Positions 39,737-52,469 of a DNA stretch of 64,000 nucleotides are shown here, piece after piece; within the stretch, counting starts at the first letter, position 1; each line of letters starts with the position of its first letter. Source of the DNA: Rhizophagus irregularis (Eukaryota). Where the stretch lies: contig NC_089430.1 of NCBI RefSeq assembly GCF_026210795.1, positions 2,852,001 to 2,916,000 on the forward strand, in the 5' to 3' direction. The notes beneath the pieces are model-generated. The model had not been told where the DNA came from. It made no database searches and saw only the letters and a program-made list of their open reading frames with translations. Position numbers and translations under genes: made by a program.

Positions 39737-40802
39737 CAGTCAAAGCTCATTATAGTAAACCCTTGGTTCCAGTCATTTAGTCATTTTTATTTACTATAAC
39801 GAATATTTACAATAGCGAAAAATCTCTTTATAGCAAACTTAATATAAAAATAAATAAAATTTCTTATTAGTCCGTGGTGGTACAAAATATCCCGTTGTCC
39901 GTCCGCTTGTTCTTTGAGTCGACGTTTAATTGGTTCATATATTACACGCGATCGGTTAATTGAGCATGTGGTTAGGGAGCTTACACATATTATGTAATTA
40001 TCAAAGGGGGGGAGGGAAGTAACCAAAATCTTACGTTACACTTAATAAAATTATATGATTTATAAATATTATAATTTGATTGAATTTGATTGGTTATTAA
40101 ATCTGACAAGGGGGGGAGCCGGGGAGGGGAGTAAGTTTATATTAAACTGAATATTACGTAATATGTGTAACTCCCCTTATCTTATAAGCTCCGGACTACG
40201 TAACGGTTTACCGTTTCCCTAGTAATGAATGTTTTTGATGTACTGTATATACACATGCAATTACATATTTTAAGTATTTAATCTAAAACAAATCTAATGT
40301 AATTTGTTTTGTATTATCTGGAGTTCACCTATTAATTTTTGATCTTAAAGTATTAAGGGTCTTTAATTCTGTATAATTTGTTGTAATATTATCAGGCAAA
40401 TTTTTAAAATATTTAATCACCTTTTCTAAACTCTTCAACGCTTCTCTATTAGTAATAACGTCTATTTCTTCTGGTGTTTCATCATCTTCTGCATCATCAT
40501 TTTCAGCAGTTGGAATTACCGCAGCTAAAATATCTTCATCTGATAATTGTTCAATTGGTATTTCATCATCAATATGAATAAAATCTTCTTTTTCTTTACC
40601 TTTTCTACTTGGCGGAACAACGAAAAAAAAAGTTGTATTATGATAAATGGCGTTTTATTGATTAAAAAAAAAGGAAATATATTACCAAAATGATTTACAT
40701 TTTATTTATGATTTACATGTGTGAAATTTATTATTGATTGGATTGGGGGAATAAAAAAAGTTTAATATAAGCAAAATTTACTATAACGAACTTATAACGA
40801 GC
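39737..40802 (-). mobile_element. Deleted pogo/Tigger element retaining the transposase C-terminus
   Basis: TA|CAGTCAAAGCTCATTATAGT left TIR and a truncated right TIR. Minus strand 40290-40590 reads EDFIHIDDEIPIEQLSDEDILAAV...ITNREALKSLEKVIKYF...KQITLDLF. Confidence 0.75.
39975..40176. mobile_element. PIF/Harbinger (Tourist-like) MITE nested in the pogo relic
   Basis: TTA|GGGAGCTTACACATATTATGTAAT ... ATTACGTAATATGTGTAACTCCCC|TTA. Confidence 0.85.
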
Positions 40803-42097
40803 AGTATAGTTTTTATCTATACAGTATAATTTTTTATCTATACAGTATATTTTTATCTATACAGTATAGTTTTTTTATACTATACTATACAACATCGGCC
40901 TTTTATTTATTTATTTATGTTTGTAATATTATTTACTAAATTTACCCGAATAAAAAAAATTACTCATTACAATCAAGTTACTTCATTGAAACAAGAGGCT
41001 TAAAACAATATTTCTTGCTAAATTTAAAAAAAAAAGAAAAAAAATATCTTTTTTTTCTTTCTTCGGTTATTTTGATGATGCATTGATATTATTAATGAAA
41101 AACGGAACTTCGTTCAAATAATCATAAATTTCCTGATAATATTATCAAATTCCCGATTCGAGTATAAAAAAAGTAGTTCTTTGACTTCTTTCTCCATACT
41201 TATTCAAACCGCTGTAGATACTTTTTTTTGTGCATGGGATGCGGAATTTCCGCTCATTCAACAGTACAAATATATATATATAAATTTTTTTTATTTAAAT
41301 CATCATGAAAAAAAGAAAAAAATTAATAATATAATTTGGTTTCACACTGGATTTGATTCTTTTTACTTTTTTTTCCTGAACTTTAATATTAAATCTGAAA
41401 CGAGGATTGTTATGTGCAGTATTTATATTTTATATTATGAAATAATAAAAGTTTATTTTGATCGTCAAAACAAAATTGATCAAATATACCAAATATACCC
41501 AATAGACCGAGAAGAAGAAATTTTTAACTGAAATTAGCCGATAATTCCATTTTATTATTTTTCACTAACCGATTGGTACCAATCAATGCAAAAAATAAAT
41601 TAGTCACGTGATTTCATAACTAAACGTAAAATGTGAGTAAAGTGTAAAATGTGAGTAAAATGTAAAATATGTAACTATAAACAAAATAAAATGTGAGTAA
41701 AATGTAAAATGTGTAACTATAAACAAAAATTAATCCATAAATGCAAAATGTTAAATGTAACTAAACAAATCTATAACTTTTTAAATGTAATTCCCAAGAA
41801 CTCGTTAAAAATAAGATGATACAAAATGAATATAAAAGAGTTCAACTTCTTCACTTCCCAGTTCCCACAGAGTCTTAATACATAAACGGAAACCGTTTAA
41901 GTCCTTAACTCGCAATTCATTTATTTATTTGGCATATTTCAGGGTCAAATAGGTAGTGTTACATAAATCGTGATACATATTCAAAACTAGTTCAGGATAA
42001 GTGAATAGTCCTCGCTAACTTCAACAATAACAGATACAACAGATACAACAGCAATCAGAACTTTTCCATAGAATTCAATTTATAAACTCTATTAATA

Positions 42098-42604
42098 ATG
42101 GATAATAATTATAATAATCTAAACTTTAATGATGAAGGTGATTTACGATCGTCAACAACTGATTCTTATTCAAATGTTAATTGCAGTGCTCCTTGCAATT
42201 ACAATAATAATAATGACTGTCCCATAATGAATACCAATACATCTGGTAGCGTTACTACATCTTCGCAATCTTACTCTACTACATCATCAGATCCCCCGCA
42301 TCCCTTACCACAATATACTCAACAAATTCAACAAACTCAACAACCCGTTTATCAACAAAATCTTGAAAATAACATTCAACAATACACTACTCAGCCTATT
42401 ACCCAGAACGTACCGCAAAATAATTACAATACTTCTCAAACTAATCATTTTGAAGTCTTTACGTTTGAAATTCCCGGGATCAAAATTATCGTTATACTCA
42501 CCTCCCCTCCAATGATTAATTCCTCTCAAACGAATCAGTCTGAAATCTTTACATTTGATATTCCCGGATCCAAAGTTATCATTATCCCACTTTCTTTTCA
42601 ATGA
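42098..42604 (+). CDS. 168-aa N/Q/S/T-rich hypothetical protein with two C-terminal F[T]F[ED]IPGxK[IV]I[VI]I repeats
   Basis: Intact ATG-to-stop ORF with a conserved paralogue at 37036; TATAAA lies immediately upstream in both copies. Confidence 0.7.
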   Translation: MDNNYNNLNFNDEGDLRSSTTDSYSNVNCSAPCNYNNNNDCPIMNTNTSGSVTTSSQSYSTTSSDPPHPLPQYTQQIQQTQQPVYQQNLENNIQQYTTQPITQNVPQNNYNTSQTNHFEVFTFEIPGIKIIVILTSPPMINSSQTNQSEIFTFDIPGSKVIIIPLSFQ

Positions 42605-43199
42605 TTAATTCCTTTAAATGAATCTTTCTGGAATCTTTAACTTATTCATTTGATTTGAACTCTCTTACTCTCAAAATATATTATACGCATTGTTATTTTC
42701 ATAGTTTTATTCTTTATTATTCTTTTAATTTCATTGTTTTATTATCTCCTATTTGTAAAATTATATCTAAATTTCAAATAAAGTATTTGTAAAATCACAT
42801 TTAATATTAATAAGATACCCGTCAAAGTGTCAAATACTATTACACGTTTGATTGAACTATTCACCATTCATTTTGATTGTTTTTTATGTAAAACATGTAA
42901 AACATACAATTCCATATCACTTTGCTTTTCAAAAATCAAATCTAAATTAGGCAACTAAGATTTCATAATGTTACACAAAAATTCGCGCCACGATTTTAGT
43001 TTAAAAAAGGCCTATAATAAAATAAAATAAAATAACATCTATTTTAAGTTTACTTCTCATAATGTTATTTATTTTGGTGCCATAAAAAAAAATGATGTCA
43101 ATTATGCAGTGTCGTGTCGCACAATTTCAAATGCATATTATATTTTATTTTTATTCACTGTATGCAACAAGTCAAAAATTTTTATACCAATTCTTATGA

Positions 43200-43452
43200 A
43201 TGGGTATTATTCACTTTGTCCAAACTTTGAATTTCAGATTTTTTATGAGAAATTCCATGTCCATTATACTCAAAGAAATTGATCCATGATTGTTTCGTTT
43301 TTGTAATCAAGTGCAAGAAGATTAAGAGGATTATAATGTTGTTTATTTTGATAACCTAGTATCTTCCCGTTCAATATAGTTGTGAAAAGCTGTTAAATGA
43401 AAAAAAAGAAACATAAATTTGATTTAACCCGCAAAAAACAAAAGAAAATAAC
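43200..43452 (-). pseudogene. Duplicate of the 5' part of the MULE/FAR1 pseudogene
   Basis: Matches 35441-35662; a further deleted copy lies at 37815-37945. Confidence 0.8.
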
Positions 43453-45458
43453 TGGTAATACAAAAATTGTCCAAGTGGCCCAGGCACAGTTGCCTTATTT
43501 CGAACTGCGTATAACATGTAATGAAGTGACATAATAGAGATCAGGCTACATAATAAAAAACGTAAACATGTCAGCACGTAACCATGTGACAAAATCATCA
43601 CAGGGTAGTGTCCTCTATAACATGTAGTACAAGAATGTAGTATAGTATAACTTATCCTCTGTGGTGGTGATGACACAAAAATCAAAAATCGAAAACGAAT
43701 TTTTTATAAACGCATTAAATTTTGATATGTTCTACTCTCTGTTACTACGCAATCGGTGACAACAAAACTCAAAAGTAAGTCTTGTGTTGGCGGAGGAGAT
43801 TAAGGAAAACAATACATTATCATGTTGAGTTTTCACGTAAAGAGACTTCAGGACCGAATTTCAAGGTGACATGGGAGGAGTGAGACTTGATTTAAAACCG
43901 TGAAATGAGTTTGAAGACTTAAATCCCCTGGTAATGAGATGGTTAGAACAGAGAGATTCCGACCAAAAAAATAATAATAATTTAGCCCGTGTGGCTCCCT
44001 TAGTATAGAAATTTTCTACATATCTATATGTTGCGACATGTGAGCTTTTCTCAGTATCCCTATTGAATTAAATTGTTCCACAAAATTAATTATTTTATTA
44101 GTGTGATTTCGCATCTTTTCATTCGGATCATATTTTTTTGGTAACTACGGAGAAGTTAATTGGAATAAAACATAATATTTCTCACGTTAATGGATCTGAT
44201 CATGATTGGTAAGTTGTTACTGTATGTCAATAGATGGGCACGATGTATATTTAAAAATATGGTTTTAACGAGTTTCAATCAAATTTTGTTTTTGTAATAC
44301 ACTGAGTAGTTTTGATAACGATTGCTACGAGTTACCACGAGTTATACATACAAACTTTTATATAGTGTAGTAGACAGATCAAAAAAAAAATGTGCCAATC
44401 TTCACAACAGACAATACTATGTATAGTCGTTATTTTAATTAAAGATATTTGTATTTTGTTCTGGTTTGTGTTCCGATTGTATTTGATAAAAAAAACGTGT
44501 TGTTCATATTACATCACAACACCCTCAGGCATTTTTTTCATCTCCAAAAATTCTCCTATAGTATGGAATATTGTAGAGTTATTTAATGTAAACATTTCTC
44601 TTGATTAACGATGAAGATTTGGTAAATATGATCTGACCTATTCAGAGCGGTCATCACGTTTCTTTTTTTTCGAAGATTCCAGAAATCGAACGATTAATGT
44701 ATCTTAGCAATTAGTATGAAATTAAGGATCATTCTTATGGCATATTCAGAGAAATGTGCATTCATCATGATCTCATCAATCATGATAATTACAATTTCTA
44801 CTATATCTGAATGATACGTGATCACAAGGATCATATAAGATATTGTTTCCGAAAATTGATAACTAACGATAAAAGAAATTCTTTGATAAAATACGTATAA
44901 CTGTGTTTTTGATTCCGAACGAAATCATTTAAAATACAAACACAAACAGCAAATGATATAATTATCTGCTTCCCAATTAATAATATTGGTCACACCGGAA
45001 TCTCCGTTGCATTTCTTATTAAAAAAAATCACGAGTACTTCAGTTTTTGTCAGTTTGTTGGTCTAGAGTCCAACATCTTCGACTTTCTATAGGACGATCA
45101 CAATTATCATATGAGCAAGAGCAAAAGCAAAAACTTCCGACTCTCTGCTAGGCATTGATCATCATGAATAAAGTTCTATATGTTACATCACTAAAATAAA
45201 ACATACTTTAATAGTGGAAATAGTGGAACAAAATAGAATCAGAAATATTTATTCTTTTTTTTAGTGTTTACCTTTAGTCTCAAATCATCTATCATATTTT
45301 CAGTGAAGATTTGATTCTGCCGATTTTTATTAAGCATACTTTTACAATCATATGATTAAATTTTAATCAATAAAAATTAAATATTATATTAATCATGTGA
45401 TTTCAAAATGATTTATCGCGTCCCCAATTATACAATGTTCTTTTTCTATTTGGGAACG

Positions 45459-47335
45459 ACACTTTGTAATCTTTTATTTAACTTGTTTGTGAGGACAAAA
45501 TTAAGCCTTTAATTTTATGGACACTTTGTAGTTCGTGTCACGCATAAATGCCAAAGGAAAACGACGATTAATTTTTTGTTATATGAACATGTCTTCGAGA
45601 AGACGCCCTGGACGAGAATCGTCTCCCAAGAACTTATCTAGTAATTTTAAATTATTCCACTTGTCTTTTAAACTTAATAATAACTGTACTGAATATCATA
45701 TCTGTTCCAGCATTAGAGTTGCAGTTTAGTGACGGGAATCAAAGCAACTTTAAATAGAAATGGAAGTAGTTCGGTTGACTATACTTTTGAGGAATTGTAT
45801 ATGTTGTCGCATTATATATTATAGAAGCATGCTGAAGAGCTATCATTAAACCCGCAATTCGAAGTTGTTGGTGAAGAGAGTGGACTACACAAATTGGGGA
45901 ACGTGAACTTTGCTCGTGGCAAACTGAGTTCACTTCCTCCAGACGTTCCATGTGCGGCCGAATTGGCGGTGGAGACCTCGCCTTTTTATATGGTTTGTAG
46001 TGGGTCTAATCGATTTTGGAAGGGAAAATTACGTTAACTTGATCTCATCCCGAAAAATCTGTCGCTCAAAATTATAACAAAAAAAAACTTTACGAGTTAT
46101 TTATTAATACATGAGTTCCTGTGATATAATGATGTATCACGAAATATTATTACTCATGCAAAATACACTGCCAAAAACGGAATAAAAGATTTGCTACTCA
46201 ACAATGAGTAAATGACTTGATATTGATATTTATTTGATTTATAATTTTATATATGGTAATGACATTTTGACTAGAAAAGTCTCTTCACGAAAAAAATGGG
46301 ACAGACACATCCAAAGCCAGAAACACATTCCAAACCCAATAGTGATAAATCTAAAAATTATTTGTCACTGATCTGCCACCAGTTCGACGAACGTATACTG
46401 ATGATTTTTGGAGAAAAGGAAACGATGCTTTCAGGTTTAGTGAACATGATATTGAGGCACTTAACCAATTTCGTCAGCTTGACCTTGAATCACTAGAGTC
46501 AGATGATGAAAAGGAATCAAAAATTGAAAAACTTTGTGTGAAGTATCCTTATGCTTATATTCCATTAGATGTTGATAAAGATGGTTACGCGCGAGGATTT
46601 AATCTCTTTGAATCAATAACAACTGGTAATTATGGGGAAGTGTTTAAAGAATATGGTGAGACCTTAATTCTTTGCATTGGTATAGAAGACTCTAATGCAA
46701 TGATATACTTGGGTGGTAGTGGTAAATTGTAGTTATGAACCGCTAAAATTTTTGTATAATTACAAAGATACAGGCGCAATAAGCTCTGATGTGCTTCAAA
46801 ATTACTGAAATATGTTTTTAAACATATAATTTTGCTTCTTATCAATACTGTATAAATACAGAGTAGAATTAGATCATAATTGTATCTCAAAAGTATAATC
46901 CACTTTTTAAAAGTAGAGACTAGTAAGACATAATGCTTATTGTTTTTTTCTTATTATCTTTCAAAAAGCATGATTCTTTTCTTTTTCATGAATTATTAAT
47001 TGCTTCTGATTCTTTCATTTTAAATAAATACTAAGTTTCACTTGTTACAGTATTTTTATGTTTTGTGATGCTTTAACTATAAATACCATCTTTATTAAAA
47101 GTTAATATTGCTATTAATAACAATTGTAGTATAAGCGAAGTGGGTTGATTTCTTTTTCGTTTCTTTTTTATTGCTGTTTCAAAATGATGCGATCTTCAAC
47201 CATGTGACATCATATAAAAAATTAAAAATATGCTAACTTTGAACTTTAATAACTTTTGAAATATGTAATAATTTTATTACTTTACATTCAATTATCATAT
47301 AATTTTAACAAGTAGTTAGCTTTTCAAAATCATTA
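45459..47335 (+). repeat. Segmental duplication, copy B
   Basis: Direct near-identical copy of 23917-25812. Confidence 0.95.
46296..46732 (+). pseudogene. Frameshifted copy of the 145-aa SUKH-like gene
   Basis: A 1-nt deletion (TATTTGTTCACTG to TATTTGTCACTG, ~46365) splits the ORF into 46296-46496 and 46538-46732. Confidence 0.8.
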
Positions 47336-47937
47336 ATATTATTTGATGAATATAGAAACCCTTTTTAGATGATTGATTAAAAAGAAAATTGGACAGATGT
47401 TCTAGTTATTCTAAATATTCTAGAAAAAATTGAGCTTTATTACTCCTTTTTTCTACTTTTTTTTTCTGGTAATATTGCTTTACTTGCATGATTGTAAACT
47501 GAGTTTGATAAGAAAAAGTTATTTTTTTCTTAGAATTTCTTAGAATTCTATTTAACTAGAACAATTAGAACAAATAATAAAAAAAATAGCTTAAAGTGGG
47601 TCAGCAAAAGCAAGAAACTATCCTAGTTCATGTTTAATTCATTTAAATCATCTTAAAATATACTTCAAACTAATTTAGTAAACAAGACTTTGGTAACTTT
47701 TAAATTACCAAATAGGAAATATTTGAATTTTTCAAATTTTATGTTAATAGCAAGCTGTAATATAAATATGAAAATAGCATAACTAAATATCACTTAAATT
47801 TTTAAATTCAGACTCTAGCAAGATAATGAATAATAATTACTAATATTGGAATTTATACTTGTTATTCCATGGATATCTGAAAATAATTAAATTATTCACT
47901 AATATATCCTTCCTTTTGGAAGGTCTCATATTTAATG

Positions 47938-48016
47938 GATATTGTACGATATTGTATTTATATTGGTTAACGTCACAAAGTGACGTTAACCAATATAAAT
48001 ACCACCGTACAATATC
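47938..48016. repeat. Long hairpin: perfect 23-bp inverted repeat with a 3-nt loop, plus outer arms
   Basis: GTATTTATATTGGTTAACGTCAC-AAA-GTGACGTTAACCAATATAAATAC (47954-48002); outer arms GATATTGTACG/CGTACAATATC. Confidence 0.95.
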
Positions 48017-49131
48017 TATGTTATCGTACGGCTAATGCAGATCATGTTCGAATAAACTATTAATATTCGATATTGTACGCAAATAAACTATCGATATTTA
48101 ATATTGTACGCAAATAAACTATTGATATCAATATTGTACGATAATAAAAATATCAGACAAATAAAATCAGCATGATCCTATAGGGCCGTGTGATAACAGT
48201 GAATACTAAGTTATTCTAAACTTTCATATAATAACAGGTTTATTTCATTATATATGATATATATATTAATATTTAATAGATTTTTTTTACTATATTTAAG
48301 TTTTTTTTTTGTTTTTTTTTTATTTTTTTACATTTTATTTTCTTACTCCCTTTTTATTTTTTCTTTTTTATATATATTTTTGCCACTTTTAAATAATCCT
48401 ATGATGATATCTATTTTTACAAATATATCAAATTCAACAACTTTCAAAAGTAAAAAATACAGACAAATGTATTGCAAAATGGCTTCATATAGTTAATAGA
48501 TTTAATTATATAATAAAAAAAATTGATCAATATATTATTTATATAGAATTTGAAGAAATTTTATGCAAGTTCATTATATGGTTTAAAAAACAAAATAATG
48601 AAAACTATAAAGCAGAATCTGTATATAATTGTTATGCATCATTAATAAAATATTTAAAAGAAAAGTCAGTTATTAAATCATATAAAATCTGGAATCAATA
48701 TTCCATTTTTTTAGCAATTAAAAGTTAAAACCTTAAATAGTAAAATGAAATAGCTTCAACTTCAAGAACTTTACAAGCAGATTTATTAATTAAACAAAAA
48801 ATTTAACAAATATTGGATTATTTATCAATAAATGATGAAAACAATAAGTTCTTAATAAGAAAAGTATTTTTTAAAATTTTTTATTATGTGGTTTGCAAAA
48901 TAAAAATACTTACAAAATTAAAGATCAGTCAGTAATTAACATAAAGAAAAAATAGTGAAATTAAACTTAAAAATATTTATTAAAAAAAATAATCAAAGAG
49001 ATATAAAAAATAAAAATAAATATAATAAATTTATATTATATAAAATTTTAATTTTACCAGATTTTAAAGGAAATAATTATTAGCTTAATATTAATAAATT
49101 GAAATATAAATTAATATAACTTTCAGATATA

Positions 49132-52103
49132 CAGTCTCCTCTCGATATAACGAACCCTGTATTATATATAGCCAATCAGGCCTTCGTTAAAGCAACTTCA
49201 TTAATACTACAATGAATTATTCAGTATAATATAGCGAATTCTTCATTGTAATATATAACTATGTTACACTGATAGTTTTTGGCATTATACAAATTTTGAA
49301 AATACTAATATGCCGTAATTTTAACCTGTCGAATTAATTATAGTTTTTTATTTTTATATTTTACTTAATTTCTTATCAAGTATTAATTTTAAAAATGTGA
49401 TTTTACTACCATTAAATTTGTCTTATTAAAATGATTCCAATGAACTATATTTCATTCTTTTCTGATCACTGGATCAAAAGTTAACAAACTACCTGATTGG
49501 TAATGATATTTGGTGAAAATGCTAATCAGTCACCAATTAGTTACCAATCAGCTACCTGATTAGTGACCGATTAGTGACTAATTGATGCCTGATTTTTTAC
49601 TTTTCGACCTGTGTTTGCTTGATCAAAAAATACTTTATATTTTATATAAATATTAAAGAATTATTTTTTAAAATTTTATTAGTTTGTTAAATAATTACGT
49701 CTAAATATAAAATTAATTAATTAATTACATCAAGCAAATTAATATAATTATAAATTTTTATTAATAGAATTATTTGATTATATTAATAAAATTATCAAGA
49801 TTGATTTGCTTTGTAAAACAAAAACATTCTCTCAAAGCTTCTTTTTTAATTTTTTTATAAATTTAATATTCTCATTATTTGAACCATAATTTTTTTCCTG
49901 ATATTGTAAATATAAGATCACTTTATCGTAACATTTAATAACTTCATTATGAGTTATTGTTAGTAAAGGTTTCTCCTCAAATTTTTCTTTTTCTTAATTG
50001 TTAGATTAAACTGCTTTTAAAATTTCATCATCAGAAATCATTTCGGTTGTTACCTCAAAATCATCATAAAGAACAAATTCTTCAGCTGTGAAAGAATCTT
50101 TAAAATCAAGTTTATTTATTAAGACTTGAACTTCTTTCAACTCCTTTAGGCATTTAAGTTCAAGTTGTATATCAATATTATTTTCATAAGCTTCACAGTT
50201 GACATTTTTATCATTACTTGGCTTATCATATTCAGGTATAATACCTGCTTTTAGCCAACAATTTTTGATTGTATTATTCGTAATATTATCTTACGCATAT
50301 ACAATATATTTAATACATTTTTTAATATCAATTTCACCAAGTTCGGTGCTATGTTCATTAAAATTATCAAAAGCTTTAACCTGATTATGCAAATACAACT
50401 TTCTATATTATATTTAAAATAAAAATTTTAACATTAAATTTGAAACAATTATAGTAAACAAATAAAGTTTACTTCTTACTTTGAAACTATTGATGATTTC
50501 TTGATCGCAGAATTGAAGGTGAGATGTAATATTTAGAGGAAAATATTTAATGACAATATTTGTAAGAGTTGTATTTTCAGATAAAGCATGTGTTGAAACA
50601 TTGTCAACAAGTAGAATTATGTGCCTATTTTATACTTTCATATAAGAATCTAATTTTTTAAGATAATCGTTTCAGATAGACATTTGCATCCAACTTTTTT
50701 TATTCCAATAGTAATTGATCAGAAGGAATATTTTTAAGTACTCTGGAATTTTCATATTTATATATAAATAGGAAGCACAATTTTTCAATTCCGGTTAAAT
50801 TGCAGATAAATAAAATAGTTACACGATCCTTTGATTGCTTAGTTCCAGTTATAGGACTATTAGATATTATATGATTCAATTTCATTTTTTAGAAGAGACC
50901 CGTCTCATCACAATTAAAAATATTTTTTGGATCATAATCTCTTAATATTTGACAAAATTTTTCTTTCATTGAATCAAAATCTTGAATTGATGTACTATCC
51001 CCTTTCAGCCTTCCTTATAAATATTATATTGCTTAAGATTATGTCTTTTTTTAAAATTATCAAGCCACCCATTTGATACTTTGAATTTTTTTTCATTACA
51101 TAATAAGGCAAAATCTAATGTCTTTATTGCCAGAATACTTTCAGTAAGAATAAGTCCAGCTTAAAGTGCTTTATCTATCCAGACATTAAATGCTTCTTCA
51201 ATAATAGGAAACTGAATTTTTTTTTCACATTTTAAATTGGCTTAATATGAATCATTATCTATTGTAAGCCATTGGTCTTTTTCTTTCAGAATATCACTCA
51301 CCATTCCTTCATTAATATTATATTCTTTTGTTAAGTCCTTTTGTTTTAAAAAGGAGTGAATATTTTTTTTAAGCAAATCTCCTTTTTTTGGGCTAATATG
51401 AATAATTTACACTTTCTAGAAGTTTCTTTTGGCATATTATTAATATTAAAAAAAGGAATAATAAAAGTAATGATAAGTATCATCATGAAGTTTAAACAAA
51501 TAGAAGTTTTATATTTATCAAATGGCAGTATTTGATAAGTATTAAAAATTTGCATTTATTAAGTAATAAAAAAATAAAATACTTAAATACTATAATATTT
51601 TATTATTTATTAATTATTTAATTTTTTAAGCATTTTTTTAATACTTTAATTTAACATTTATAGATACTTTTCAATGCATCTTATATTCAATAAGTGCTAT
51701 TTATGAATATTTAGTAAATACTTTAATAAACATTATGATAATAGTGTAAAAATCTATTTTTATATAAATAATTACTATATTTAACAAAATAGCAAGGGGT
51801 AAATTATCTTATATAGAAAATTACAAAAAATTTACAGTATTACTACTAAAGAATGTTTAATTAAAAACTGCAAAAATTTTTTGTTATAATAAAAAAAATT
51901 TGTTGTAAAAAAATCTGTTATATCAAATGGCATATTTATATAAGTAATTTATACACTTTACTTCATACTACGTTATATAGTAAATAAATAGTAAACTTTG
52001 TTATACCAAGGTTTTTTTATATTTAAAATTGGTACTACATTAAATGATCTATTATATCATATTATTTGTTTATATCGAGGTTTGTTGTAGAGAGAAGTGA
52101 TTT
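49132..52103 (-). mobile_element. Near full-length pogo/Tigger element with dead transposase (~51435-49771)
   Basis: TA|CAGTCTCCTCTCGATATAACGAACC left TIR and a decayed right TIR at ~52078-52103. CENP-B HTH, FKVSNGWLDNFKKRH, IFNCDETGLF, KQSKDRVT, LLVDN, LQFCDQ and C-terminal KQINLDNF are readable. Many stops. Confidence 0.85.
49467..49613. mobile_element. Small CAC-terminated MITE (GGTGACTGATT repeats) nested in the pogo element
   Basis: Same family as 55119-55249; ends ...ACTTTTCGACCTGTG. Confidence 0.65.
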
Positions 52104-52469
52104 ATATCCATCATTTTTTTTAAAAAAAACTACAAAATCAAAAGCAAGTAAATAAATATATTAATACTTTTAATTTATTAATAATAAATAACAATATTAA
52201 GAAAATATTTATTTTTTTTAAATTTTAATAAAGGAATATAGTATAAAAAAAAGAGAATGAAATAAAATAAATTAGAATAAATATTGCATCAAATTACTAC
52301 TTTGCTAATAAGTATTAAATTATGTAGAACAGCAATACAAATGCTAAAAGATGAAGATATTCCAGAAGATGAAATTATGGAATTTCTGATCACAGCAGAT
52401 CATGAGAAAAATATAAAGCAGAATTCTGCCTACTTCTAAAATAAGTCACCTTTAAACTTAATGTAAAGT

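Larger units (their letters stand above)
48420..52435 (+). pseudogene. Crypton-like (DUF3504/ZMYM-type tyrosine recombinase) relic split by a pogo insertion
   Basis: 5' part reads EEILCKFIIWFKKQNNENYKAESVYNCYASLIKYLKE (48550-48660). 3' part reads CRTAIQMLKDEDIPEDEIMEF..DHS (52320-52400), like the RxT...IM..SGHRS motif of tyrosine recombinases. Confidence 0.6.
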
